Part shown: one piece after another, positions 12,445 to 25,539 of the stretch
Layout: each line of letters opens with the position of its first letter
Position numbering within the stretch: the stretch's first letter is position 1
Assembly: GCF_002113885.1 (NCBI RefSeq)
Contig: NW_018408322.1
Span: 1,531,562 to 1,595,561 of the forward strand
Reading direction: 5' to 3'
Source: Mizuhopecten yessoensis
Taxonomy: Eukaryota
DNA length: 64,000 nt
The notes under the pieces: model-generated
What the model saw: only the letters and a program-made list of their open reading frames with translations
Databases searched by the model: none
Told to the model about the DNA's origin: nothing
Position numbers and translations under genes: made by a program

Positions 12445-15400
12445 TTCTTTATGTGAAAGAATCGATTAAAATATAATTCTGCATTTCCTTATGATATGTC
12501 CTATTCTGGACAAAAGTAGAGACCTATTATTACAAAGTAGTAACACTGTCGACATTTATGATTATATTGTGTTTTCGAACTTAGATGATAAAGAGCAGTG
12601 TAGTTTCTTTCCTGGTGGTCTTAATGATGTTAAGGAATGTTTGATGATAAACATTTCAAGAAAGCTGAAAACAATAATGAATGAAATTAATGACTTTTTA
12701 AATGCCATATGACCAATGAAACACAATTCATGACATGCAACAAATAATGTGAGTGTACATTTTGAGTGTACTTTGTTTTGTAATAATCTCTGCCTACGAG
12801 AAAATACAGAATTCTGTCTGTTTTGAAGATTTTTATATTGATTGATGATTTGTTACGTTTCTTTATTGTAATTTACTGATTGCTATACTTATAATACAGA
12901 CTTCATATCTACAATTTGACTGTGTGCACTGTGTGTGTACATGTAAGTTGATAATCACTAATCATTTTCTACAGCGGAACGGACAAATAATGTGCAGTCT
13001 TTTATAATAAACAAGATGAAGCTCAGTTTACGGCTAGAATGCCAAAGCAATTCGTTCCGCATGGTATATTGATATCCAAGCAAAGATGATGTTTTCTGAC
13101 AACCGGAAATTATTGGGCCTTCAACATCGTTCCGGAATGACTATGATCGTCCGATTCGGTGATTTAGTCGATAACGTTGTCTTCCTGTTTAGGAGATTAA
13201 TTGGTTTAGGTTTTGCAGACCATGTATGTAAATCAGACGTAAGTCAGTTTTATATCCTGTTAATAATGGTAGAACATCGAGCTCTATCATCGTTCGGTAT
13301 GATTTATAGCTGCTACGAGGTCTGTTGAGGGTTGGCCATGTGTAACAGAAGGTTGAAGGGTAAGCACCATTACGAGACGGGCGATGCGCGAGAGTAACCC
13401 GGTCGATGCGGCTACGGTTTAGGTTACCAAAGGGTCGATTAGACCGGTTTCTGGTCATTACTATTTGTCAATGTAGCAACGGCCAGGGTTAATGACAATC
13501 GTCCATAGAATGTCTTCTTTGATACATTCTTTAAAACGGTGACCAATACACATTGTTGAATACTGGGTGTCGATATACCTAACATATTCCAGTGGACGTT
13601 TTATGCAGGACCTCAGTAGAGATGCCAGCTTTCTGACAAATAAATACCCAGTGATCTTGAAACCAATTTTTTTTCAGAATTTTGCAAAATATCTGTACTA
13701 AGATATAAATCTATTACGCTGAATCTATATGTTAGACGGTTTTGTTTGGAAGTAATACACGTCAGGCCGAACAAGTTTTTCGCTTTTCATTTTTAAATCT
13801 AGCTTATATGTAAAGCATTTGAATTTTGGTATTGTTTTTTCTGCTATTTGATTTAAAAAATACATCCAGACGAACTTCAAATGATATAGGAACAATATAG
13901 CAAAAGACCATAAAAGTTATTACACCCATGGATTTACGTAGACAGATATTACATAAAGCTTACTACACGACATTCTGAGACGGGCAGGTCGACTCGTGGT
14001 ACGTAAGGATTTAAGAGTTAAACGTTTTCGAGATGTCATTGCATAATTGATTGTCATAGACACTCGTAGCTGGTGCAAAACTAAGGAGTAAATACTGACA
14101 CCGGAGGCCTTCACAGCCGAACCTGACACATCATGATAAATGAAACACTAGGCCGAAGTTCCACCGAACAGTTTGCGGGACGAAGAAAAAACCACTATGT
14201 TTTCTGTCACATTATTCAAAATGGCGACATGACCTTTTTGTCGGTCGTCGAACAAAGCTCAAAAGGCATTGGGCTATACGTGAGTCTCTGCTTTGTTTTC
14301 AAATAGTCATTAAAATGGAAGAGGATCCGGAGTCGTAAAAGGCAAGTATGGATTACGTTGAAAAAACCCGTATATAACCCCAAGGCATAGATATATTGGT
14401 GCAGTAGGAAGGCAGACATATTGGAGGCAAGTTCAGGACATATATCATTGTGGTGAGGGAGGAGGATGGTGGGAATGGAGTGGGGGGAGCCCAGAGGTCT
14501 GTATCGGCGGGACTGAATATAAAATTATTTCATTACGGAAGTATTCTACAGTTCAAGAACTTTCCATTGATGAATATTTTTGATATTTGAATATATATCG
14601 TCGGCAGGATGTCCAATATGTATAATTTTTAAAAACAAATTTTCGAATTTTCTTCAAACCGACTAAACCTTATTACCATGTTGGGGATTGAACGAGAGAC
14701 ACGTGGTGCATTAAATCGACATGATACCGATCCTACCCCGGGATTTAATATCTAAACACAAACCGAAAATTACGTCTGTCTTTAACTCGTACATTCAACA
14801 GTGATTTATTTAAACAGTTTGTAATAAAAAAGCGCCAGCTTTTCACTGTGATAAACACAGCAAGAGACTTGACTTTTGATACATATGGAATATTTACAGT
14901 TGAACGATTTGGACCAAATATATTTATGATTTAAGGTTGTGTTATTGCAGTATACAAAGGACATGGAAATCCTCAAAATACGATGACAACACGGAACTAT
15001 TGATCTGTGATGTCGGTAGACACACTAGATCAAAGACAATGCCGCCATGTCATCATAATCGATGCACGCCTTTTTCTACCTACAACGTTCGGCTTGTTGT
15101 AGCCATAAAAGAATGGGATGAAATAAAACCTGTACTTAAAGATTGATAATGGGTTATCGTACTGTATATCGTTGTGTTGGGATACAGGTATATTTGCGTT
15201 TATTTGTGATGAAAACAGGTCGGGGATAGATTTTTTCGCAAAAGCCCTCATATTTTCAGGCATTCCTTATATAAGCCAGATATAGTGTTATTGAGTGAGA
15301 ATGTCGAATGTAAATCAAATTCCCTTGTGAAGTTTTACTTCGTCAGCTTAAAATTTTAACTAGAAACATATAGCTGTTCTTACGCAAGGAATACAACCGC

Positions 15401-18154
15401 AAAATGTAATTGACTTACACGTTAAAGTCACAGATAAATAAACATATACGACCTATGACACTGAATTACTGATATCTTCGTCTTTAGTTCTGGCTTTACT
15501 GACAATAGGCAAAGCACTTAGACTATATCGAACGCTCTTTCCCTGCTGACATAGCATTGATGTTATTTGATACAACAACATTCATTTAACGATGTTCAAA
15601 CTGATCGACCGATTATGTAAATAAAGGACACTTTTCAAAATATGCGATGTTTTCACAAAGAGGTTTATAAGATCAAGTAATAGAATGGTGAAGACTATAC
15701 TCGTAGACATAGGCTCCTCTGAAATTGCAGTTTAAGACATTAATTTGACTGTGATATTTCTATCTAATTTTCATTTACCCATTTAAATGGGAGACTGGAT
15801 CGGAGAAATGTACACACTGCTGATTAAAGTTTCCATTTACAGAACTTTTGTAGCTATTTTAGGAAATTAAGTTGTTCGGAAAATAAACATGTCTTCTTTG
15901 CCCAACGGCAATTACATTCTTAATATTGGTATTTTTAAGGTGAACATGTGTGTTGAGGTGGGCGTTTTATTTAGCCCCCTTATATATCGTTATGTGGACC
16001 ACAGGCTTCAACTTACCAAGCTTGGACGGAACTTTCAATTACATTTATTGTTAAGTACCATAAATGCATTAAAAATTTCATAACTGTTTATAAAAGCTTT
16101 CTTGTAACCATATAAAAAATGAAAACACAAACCTGTCGTGTTAGGATGCTTTTAATGTAAGACACAAGAGTACGGAGCACCGCGCCACTGGCGTTAAGTC
16201 CGCAGGAACATGTATAATCTAATTATCCCGGAAAGGGAATATTTCTCTGTCAAGCAATGTGTACCCCCGGTTTCATGCACATTGCTATTTCTCGGTAATC
16301 GGCTAAAAAGAAAACTGACTTAATAGACTTCGAAATTATAATCGACGAAATTGGTATTTTTGGTTAGGAGACAGGTTATAATAGGTCTGTAATGAAAGTG
16401 TCACGTGCGACTTCCTCCTCCGCGCGATCCGGCTATGACAGCCATCCCGATCCGCTGTAGAACACACGGCTCCTGGTATTAAGGAAACCCCGTTCAAATG
16501 CTGACTTCAATATTCTGTATTAAAGCTAAACTACTTGCACCGGTGATACAATTTACAGTATTCAATTTTTCCATTTCCCTTATTATTTTTAAGGAATTTT
16601 GGGAAGATTTGTGTCCAAATACTATTTTGATGTGTACACTTTTTTAATTTATTGCATTGGACACGTTTCGAAATAAAAAGAACAGAACTCACTTGAATGA
16701 TTTAGTGAAAGTGGTTGCTCGTATTACCATTTCATTGTGTATACTTTTAATGTTATTGCTTAATTACATTGCACAAATTCGAAAATTAAAGAAATTAGTG
16801 TATGCACAGAATTCACACTTGCGACCGAGAATGACTTCATGAACATAGGCAATTGAAGCGCCTCTATGACTTTGTCCAATTATAAACATGTCATTGAGCC
16901 CATGCAGGTTATTGTGACCGTTTTCTGCCATGTGGATTCATAACACGAATGAATTTGCTCCAAAAATAATCTTTTACCCTTTTTTAAGACTCTCCTTCTT
17001 ATAAAATCTCCTGATAAACATTATTTCTCTCGTTCGTTTGTGGACTTCCGTTTAACGGGTACTTCCTCATCATTTCCAAAGCCAGTTAAAAGAATGACGT
17101 AACAAGATTGGGTGTTACCTTTACATATCATTGGCATATCAGTTATAAATCGCCTTTGAACGTCTCAATCATTTGTGAACAGCATTTGATTATGACAATG
17201 TCTGCAGTGACACGTCACAACCTGCACTTATTTTTTTAAGGCATATCGGTTTCTTTAAAATTTGATATTTTGTTAACAAGCAGAAAACTTTTATCATCAA
17301 CACTGACATACGTCCAAGTGCTCGTTTAGTTGCTATATTCATTTATCTACATATTCAACTTGTTTTTTAGTTTTAGAATGCGGAACGACATCATTAATGC
17401 TACCGTGCATTGGTTTATAATGAAAGAAAACCTTTATTTATATTAACATTTATCTCCAAACATCAGTTATACTAATATTTGTACAGTCATAATACGATGG
17501 AAATGCAGGGGAGGAGGAGGGAAAACAAATTCTTTGCTAAACCATCGTGGAAACCTTCCTGTGTTTACATTTTTTTTCTCAGAGGAGTGTCACGTGACAT
17601 CCGACACCATAACTAGTCGTCAAAACCGTTGCCGGGCTGACTACATTTCCGGTCGACCAGCCCTTACCCGGGCTGGCTACATTTTACCTTTCCGGAATAA
17701 AAAGACTAGTATTACATATAACTTAAATGATTGAATACAACAAATACATTAATTGACTAACATAAAAATAGGCATTTACTAAACAGATTGTATAAATTAC
17801 TTTGTGTATAACCTCAATACAGTTATACTGCTGTAATGATAATCTGTGTGAAGGCGTACTATTAACACAAATACTACCGGACACGTCGTACAGCGTATAC
17901 AGGTACAGAGGTCTCACACCTATGACGTTTGAAACATTACATGACGGGTAACTTAATAATACGTCACCGAGAAATTTCGGCACGCTATAATAGCTTTGTA
18001 TGCTTTAATATTTAATTGTCTTTGTCAACTAGAGCCCGGGGAGATCAGACATACGTACGAACTATATCTATATCAAGTAAATATGTAGAATTGAGAACAG
18101 GTGCGAATATTTCGGAATTCAAGTGTTTTTAATTTCTAGGATAATATTTCGTTT

Positions 18155-18770
18155 AAAACAAGAGGCCCAATGGGTCTGAATCGTTCACCTGGTAGAGTAT
18201 CAGTGTTCGATTCAAAAGAACCTATTAAAAGATTTAAACATATGACGCCCGATACCTTGAATGTTGAACAAGGACATTAGGTTGAACAGAGTTTATAGTC
18301 TTCCAACCCAGCATGCTTCTAGCAAAATATCTTTACCCTGGACCTTTTGGTTATACAGAACAAATCATTGAAAAATTTAAACATATATTGACCACTGAGA
18401 CCTTAAATATAATTCAAAGTCATTTATTTGAGCAAACTTGGTAGCCCTTTATCCCAGCATGTTACTGGCCAAATATCATCACCCTTTGCCGCTTTGTTAT
18501 TCAGGAGAAGTTGTTTAAAGATTTTAACATATTTGACCCCTGTGACCTTGAAAATGGATAAAGGTCATTTATTTGAACAAACTTGGTAGCCCTTCATCCT
18601 AGCTTGCTTCTGGCCAAATAGAATCACCCTAGGCCTTTTGATTACTGAGAAGAAGTTGTTTAAAGTAAACAGTTGACGCCGGACGGACGCCGGACGGACG
18701 ACGGACGCCGCACCATGCCATACATGTCTTCTGTAGGATATTTTTTAGAGATAGCTCATTGTTCCTAACA
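18155..18770. mobile_element. Helentron-associated non-autonomous element (HINE/pearl-like) with ~146-bp internal tandem array
   Basis: Begins AAAACAAGAGGCCCAATGGGTC..GTTCACCTGG; three ~146-bp units (..ACCTT at ~18254, 18400, 18545); (GGAC)n microsatellite 18680-18707. Right end eroded. Confidence 0.75.
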
Positions 18771-19026
18771 AACCTTGTCAGCCTTTAACCAATATTAAGT
18801 CGCCACGGATGACGATTGTGGCGTCCGGTGAAGAAGCCATATAAGGGACTACTACATCGTGTCACTTCACTTAATTAAAGTACCTTTCATAAACAGTTTA
18901 GATATCGTATGGTAAACGTTATTTATTCAACCCATTACAATGTGAAATAGGGATAATACTTGTGATTGGTTGATTTCACAGAGTAATACAAAAAGTTTTG
19001 CGAAAGGAAAGAAATACCGAGGAAGA

Positions 19027-19258
19027 TTTTTGGTTTAATTTGTTTGTGAATTACGTCCTATTAACAGCAATGGTCATTTAAGGACGTGCCAGATTTTGGT
19101 GGTGGAGGCAAGCCAGAGTTCCCGGAGAAAAACACCGACCTGCGGCCAGTACCTGGCGACTGCCCCACGTAGGTCTCGAACCCGCGACCAAGTGGTGGAG
19201 GGTTAGTGGTAGCAGAATGTCAGACGCCTTAACCACTTGGCCAAAGCGATCACTTAAT
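19027..19258 (-). mobile_element. tRNA-derived V-domain SINE, full length
   Basis: Same family as 12215-12444; A box TGGCCAAGTGG, B box GGTTCGAGACC; candidate TSD GAGGAAGA at 19019-19026 and 19259-19266. Confidence 0.85.
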
Positions 19259-21492
19259 GAGGAAGACATGTCTGATAAACATTGTAATTTTCTTTCGCAG
19301 AATTTATATATTTATGTTTGCCTCGTGCAATTTCTGATAATAAGACTCCACGGTTTTTGAATATGTTCATGATAGGGCATATTTTGCTGTGGTCTGTTCC
19401 CGAATAATCAGACCTGATCTTTGCCCAAATGTAATAATTGATGCTAACTATTCTTCGGTGTTCTGTCCAACTATTTGCGTCGCTTTCGTTATGTTCTCTC
19501 TGTTTTTCAGGCATGTCAATGTAGTTATGGTACATACAAAAATGTGCATTTGTTCGATAAGACTTCAACTTAATCGCAACATTATCGCTCCACTGACATA
19601 ATAAATCGGTATGAGAAAAGAGAAGTGATGGATGTCGTTTGTTAGGGGTTTGCGTACTTGCAACAGCGTAGGTCATACAATATATACGTATTGTACCCAT
19701 TGATAGTGGATAGACATTAAAGCGACGTCTCACTGAGATGTAAATTAAGTTTATCATAAACACGATGGACATCATTCTGTATGTAAAATCTGACGATCTC
19801 AAATAATGCTGACATTATATGCGAAATTTAAACAAAAATATTATTACTACTATTCCTGAAATATATATCTTTTTAGTTATCTGTTACGGCATAAACAAAA
19901 TAGGACACTGTTAATGAAAAATGACGTACACATTTTAAGCAAAAATAAAGAGAACCAAATAAAAAGGGCAAAAATAAGAAAAAACGTTTGTTTATCTGGT
20001 CATTTCATTTCAACAAATTTTATTGCAAAAAATATGCAAAGGGACCTGATAGGGTATCAGACAAAGCCTATATAAGCCTTCTCCGAACAACTTCGGTATG
20101 TTATATGTACAGTCATTGACATCATCTGCTTATTGAACAGTATATGTTAACGAATTTTATACTATTAGATATAAGCTAATGTTGCCTTACGTTCGGTTTA
20201 CCAATGCCCGTTTGGTAACAGTTTAACTAATGCATAAAGGTGTTTCGAGGGCATTCGGCAAAAAGCAATCCGTTAGACGCTACCGATATATTTCATCAAC
20301 CATTGACAGAAATATTATTGGTCCATGTCTAATTCACTGTTAAGATAACCAATACAATTTCATTTCATACTGATTCATTTGATGTGAAAACTTAAGAAAT
20401 TGGTCAGCCGGTAAAAACCATGAAATCAGCATGGTACATAGGCGATCGACCATTATAATGCCAAAATATCATTTTCATATACATATATGGTCTACGTATA
20501 GCAATTTACTATACAAGTAAATGAATTAAATTCTGATGCGTCATGAACGTAATTTGAGAGAATGAAAACTTAATAGACGGTTATAAAGGCAGGTTCTATG
20601 CCATAACTGTCGTGTTCGTGTCTCAGAAAGAAAAAAAAAACGGAAGCAAAAATGGCGTAGGAAGATATGCAGATTATCTTCTCTAAATTCCGGTTAAATA
20701 ACGTATAAAAAGTAAGTATTATAAGTGTCTACTTTCAACCAACATAATACAATTAATAAACTATCAGGGATACTCTGAGAGAAACCGTGTCTGCATGGGG
20801 GCAGTGAATCGCCTCGGAGGATTGAAGATAATGAGATTATACGTCACTGTTGGACATGACAACTCACGTTCGTCCCACGCGCAGTCGGCGCCTTGGAACA
20901 GAAATACCGTTCGTGTTATGTCAGCACTTCTTGGCTGTGACTGCAAGTTGGGGGGAACATTGGAGTTGCATTTGTTCGTACCTATCATCTATTCAATTTA
21001 ATTCAATGAAGTAAAGTTGGGATCAGCATATAAATCCAACACAGAAAATATAACATGTGTGATATGGTGATTATTGACGTTATTTTTAAAAACAAGATAT
21101 TGCAGCAAGGAAAGTCGTTTAGGATAAGCAGGTTTGTAAGCCTTGATTAATTACAACCAATGGCAACTGAAAAAGCAATGATTCGTAAGCAAATCTTTGT
21201 TATAAAACGCAAGAACAATTGAACTATAATTGTTTTCACCCAAGTTGCATGTGTCAATTTTAGAATGTTGAAGGTATAATACTTTCGTCATCCAAATACA
21301 AGAAATATGTAATTGTGGATAAACCACATTACAGCTACATGTATGTAGTATATGAACATCACAAACTAAATACATCTGTCGATGACCAAGAAAACATACT
21401 TGAATCATGCAACAGATCACGCTTTTTGCATAAAATAAATACATTCGTCAACAAATATAGTAAAATAAAATCCCGCCAATTTAAAGTTTATT

Positions 21493-22608
21493 AAGAAATA
21501 ATCAACATAATGTGCGTGCATTATGGTGCAATATATAACGAGGGTGAGAAAATGTTTGCAACTTTTTCGAATGCCGAGTTATATATTCCACAATAATACA
21601 CGCACATAAGTTGATTATTTTTATTCTACCAAGTCAAATGTAACTAGTTGTCAAGTTTTGTTGTCTTATAAGGCGACATGACCTAGATAATTCGATATGC
21701 AAATTAGACGCTGTTCTTTTGCGCGTGCAAGGGACTGGTCTCTGGGGCGTGTGTCCGAGTCACATTACCTGTCGCGCACATAGCAGTAACTGGGGGGCTT
21801 ACAGGGCTAACATGTTCGAATTCACTGAAGGAGGCAATGGCTTCGTCATCCTCCTGACTACCCCAGGGACGTATATTGTCCTCTGGTGTATCGTCCAAAA
21901 GCTGGTGAAGAAAAGCCCGCCTGGTTTCGCCACTGTACATAGACCTCACCACAAATTGTTTGGCAAATTGAGGATTTGGTTGGTGAAAGTCCACAACCCG
22001 ACACAGTTCCCCACAATAAAACACCCTGTCTCTGATTTTTGGTCGTAATACCAAGGAACTTGAACTTGAAGCCATGTTGATTTTTTGAAAGCAGAAGACG
22101 TTTTGCTGACCAGAAACAACTGAACACGTGTAACGTCAGATACGATGTTTATTTCAATCAATCAAACATTGGCACGCTATCGACATCGTTCGTCAAATTA
22201 TGAAATCAACGCTTGGCAGTACATACACACACTGCACACATCGTGAAATGTACGGCACTACCCAGTGAAGTAAAAACAGAAGTAATTAATAATCTACCAT
22301 TTTTTCTTCAGACCTGTACATTTTAAATGTCAATAATTAATAAACCATTTTCACTGCAGGGACCCACATACTTTAGGTCGATAGATCCGTGTAATCTTAT
22401 GAATGGCAGGTCTGTCAGATATTTTAATCCCGCCTGACAGTTATGCTATTTTCGTTAATTCATGATAAAATACGTGGAGGTTGTTGGAACAGCATGCGTG
22501 CGCACTATTTCACATGCATTGGTTATTGGCACGCGCATGGTAAATCGCTCAATAATGCACTCTTTTTAACCAATGAAAACCGTCGTTACATCACAGACGT
22601 GGTAGAAT
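21493..22608 (-). mobile_element. Internally deleted Crypton-like element with terminal hairpin
   Basis: Imperfect palindrome 21496-21620; ATTCTACCA (21623-21631) is inverted at the far end as TGGTAGAAT (22600-22608); ACCAATGAAAAC near that end; retains a truncated minus-strand ORF. Same layout as 10775-11797. Confidence 0.6.
21704..22075 (-). pseudogene. Truncated N-terminal ORF of the Crypton-like element (123 aa)
   Basis: ATG-initiated and GC-richer than its flanks. Beta-strand-like segment (IRDRVFYCGELCRVVDF...FVVRSMYSGETRRAFLHQL) followed by an acidic/Pro-rich linker. Lies wholly inside the element; no recombinase domain remains. Confidence 0.5.
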
Positions 22609-22949
22609 TCCCCATATACGCCGTAAGCGTTGATGGAGAAAACTGCATTGGTTAAATCTGTATGTTAAGGAGTATAATTTTTGTCTCAGAAATGTGTAAT
22701 CTCAGTTTGTTTGAGGAGGCCATTGTAATAATATTTGATATAATTTCTATATGTTATGTCTCATATGTGTCTATATGATGTGTTATAACATACTTTATTT
22801 AAATGACAACATTTGAACATTGAACAAGGTACTTGTTTAGGAATTTCGAAAAGAGTGTGTTTCCAGACGATTATTTGTATTTCAAAGCGACATTCAAAAT
22901 ATGTACCTCTCTTGATATAGTACGTTCATGTATATATATGCTCTATTTT

Positions 22950-23160
22950 ATTTGTTTGGGTTTAACAATTTCGAGGGTACCTGGGGAGACAACGCTTAAA
23001 AAGAAATAGATAGGTAAGAAAGACAGGGAAAATGAAGCTCTTTAATGTGAAATAGGGGCAGCAAATCAATTTTTTTTCAATGTCCCTATAGCACAAACAT
23101 AAAGGAAGAACAATTGATTATACAGGGACCCCACGTAAGTCGACACTTTCATGTATCTTT
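22950..23160 (-). mobile_element. Degenerate family C retroelement
   Basis: TTTGTTTGGGTTTAAC tail, CCTGGGGAGACAAC segment, and GGGACCCCACGTAAGTCGACACTTTCATG head motif matching the other copies. Confidence 0.5.
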
Positions 23161-24392
23161 AGGTTATGATAAAGACGAACGTCACTATCTAAAATTAAAG
23201 GGGAATGCCACAAGGTACCAAAATTATGCAAGTCTGTTAAATTCTCTTAAATAACATGGTTGGGGAAAGGATATTATGATATATTCATAAATTTAATGTA
23301 AATTCCCCCTCCCCAATTTCATTCAATTTGTAAAGAAATATATACAATTGAGCGTTTGATGGAATAGCCAATTTTTACGTCATCATCGTGGTGACGCAAT
23401 CATACAATTGTATAAAGGGAGGGTGTTGAATGTTTCCTTGCTAACAAAGGTACCCAATTAGGTAGAAATTCATTAAGTTGAACTTGGCTTAATGTCTCGT
23501 GTATGTAGGTTTCTTTGTCATGCAGGAAGCAGATGACGATATTAATGAATTACACAAAGATTTCAGCATTTACACTATTAAATATATTATTACACAAAAA
23601 AATTACACAATAGACATAATATCCTGACATTAAACTATCCAAACATAGTTCTATTGTGGCAGCGAACGTATTAAAACGAGGTCAATGTCTCACAGAAAAA
23701 GGTGTGTTTCCTTCCCGATAATGAAACGTTGTGAGGAGCAGATGTGCGGTAACGTGATTCTTGGTTGTCTCTTAAAAGTCGTTTGGTGACGTCTTACTAC
23801 ATACATTATTTGAGGCTTATGCAGCTATATTTTCATAATTAAATTTAGGTCGGTGTATTAGCGTCGCACCAAGATAAACATAAGTTGAATTTAATTTCAA
23901 TTGTATGGGGTTTCACGTCCGCGAAACAGCCTAAGGGCATACAAAGACGGATGTCAAGGCGGTTTGTTCTCCTTTCTCCCCCTTTTTATAATCAAAGAAT
24001 TTATATAAACACTGGAAAACAATAGATGTGTTATTATAGTCTGTTCTGGTATAGTACAGGTATATTATTTACATGTATTTACCTAGTCACCAATAGGAAA
24101 TACTGTGTTAGTTATAGGAATATTTAACAATTATATTTCCTGATTTTCGTAATATTTACTGGAATTATAAGTCAATATATACAAGATTCCAGTTATTACT
24201 TAATACCTGCTTTTATTAATTTCATATTAAATCAATTGCATACATTTTTACTACACATTTATATGTATGTTATATATATATTTCATAAAATAGATCTAAA
24301 AGCAAGCAATTTATAACAAATATAATCAGTACAGACAGAGATCATGTATATGCAAAAACAGATGCAAAGCTGAGAATGAAAATAAATAAAAC

Positions 24393-25343
24393 AAAATTGA
24401 TTACACGTACACACGGAATACTTATAATAACTTGCAGCACTGGTTGTGGGGAAACCTTCAATGTTGCACATCTTGGTTTAGTGGCGGAGTTTGCCAACCC
24501 CCACTAAGGCTTATGGCCACCAACTAATGTATTTGTTTTACTTTATATATGATAATGCTATGCTGTACTTGTCAGATGTTTGACATCGTCATGTTTGGGT
24601 ATTATTTGTTTGAAAATATATTAAAAGTCACCAAACGGTGACCTTTTTCACTCATATGTTCTTTTGGTTGTTTATGTGACAGGACGGAAAGTGCATAAAA
24701 GGCAGCTAAGCACTTAGCTTAATTTATGCATCTGGAGTCGTGCACATAACCACTTTATTTGAATAAATAAAATTAAGAAAAATAGGTTTCGAAGAGTTGT
24801 CTCCCATGCATAAAAGCTAGGGATAGGAAGAGTTACTCGCCTTGAATTAAGAGCCGAGGATTGTGGGTAATCTGCATTGAGCGCGCCATTGAGAAAATTT
24901 GTAAACAGCGCGCCATTGAGAAAATTTATAAACAAAAAGGTCACACAGTGCAAAACTATTGTGTTAACCATTCTAAGTACAGACCTAGTCTGGTATACCT
25001 TCCGAAGTTTTTAACCCACCCACTTCCTCCCCTCTTCTTCTTTGTGAGAAATGCATTTTAACACAATATCTAAGTGGCGGAGTTTGCCAACCCCCACTAA
25101 GGCTTATGGCCACCAACTAATGTATTTGTTTTACTTTATATATGATAATGCTATGCTGTACTTGTCAGATGTTTGACATCGTCATGTTTGGGTATTATTT
25201 GTTTGAAAATATATTAAAAGTCACCAAACGGTGACCTTTTTCACTCATATGTTCTTTTGGTTGTTAATGTGACAGGACGGAAAGTGCATAAAATTGATTA
25301 CACGTACACACGGAATACTTATAATAAATTGCAGCACTGGTTG
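24393..25343. repeat. Nested direct duplication A-B-core-B-A
   Basis: B (~221 bp) at 24480-24700 and 25073-25293 with 1 mismatch seen; A (~53 bp) at 24393-24445 and ~25290-25343 with 1 mismatch; 27-bp tandem duplication at 24880-24933. Confidence 0.9.
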
Positions 25344-25539
25344 ATCAAACCAATCATATTCATAAATTGCACACATGCACAAAGATACATGATATAAAAC
25401 TGATATAATAGCACTAACTTACTAAAGGTGGAATATTGGAAAGTCCATAAAAAGCACAGATATTGAAAAGTCCATGAATTTAAGAAATCCTAGCAGCGCA
25501 CCAAATAAAAATTACATAACAAGCACATTTATAACAATT

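Noticed and set aside
13086-13500. GC-richer patch with overlapping ORFs on both strands
   Set aside because: No frame examined gave a recognisable protein or transposon motif.
24480-25293. B-core-B as an LTR/TRIM element or hammerhead retrozyme
   Set aside because: No TG..CA termini, no correctly placed PBS or PPT, and no CTGANGA...GAAA core seen.
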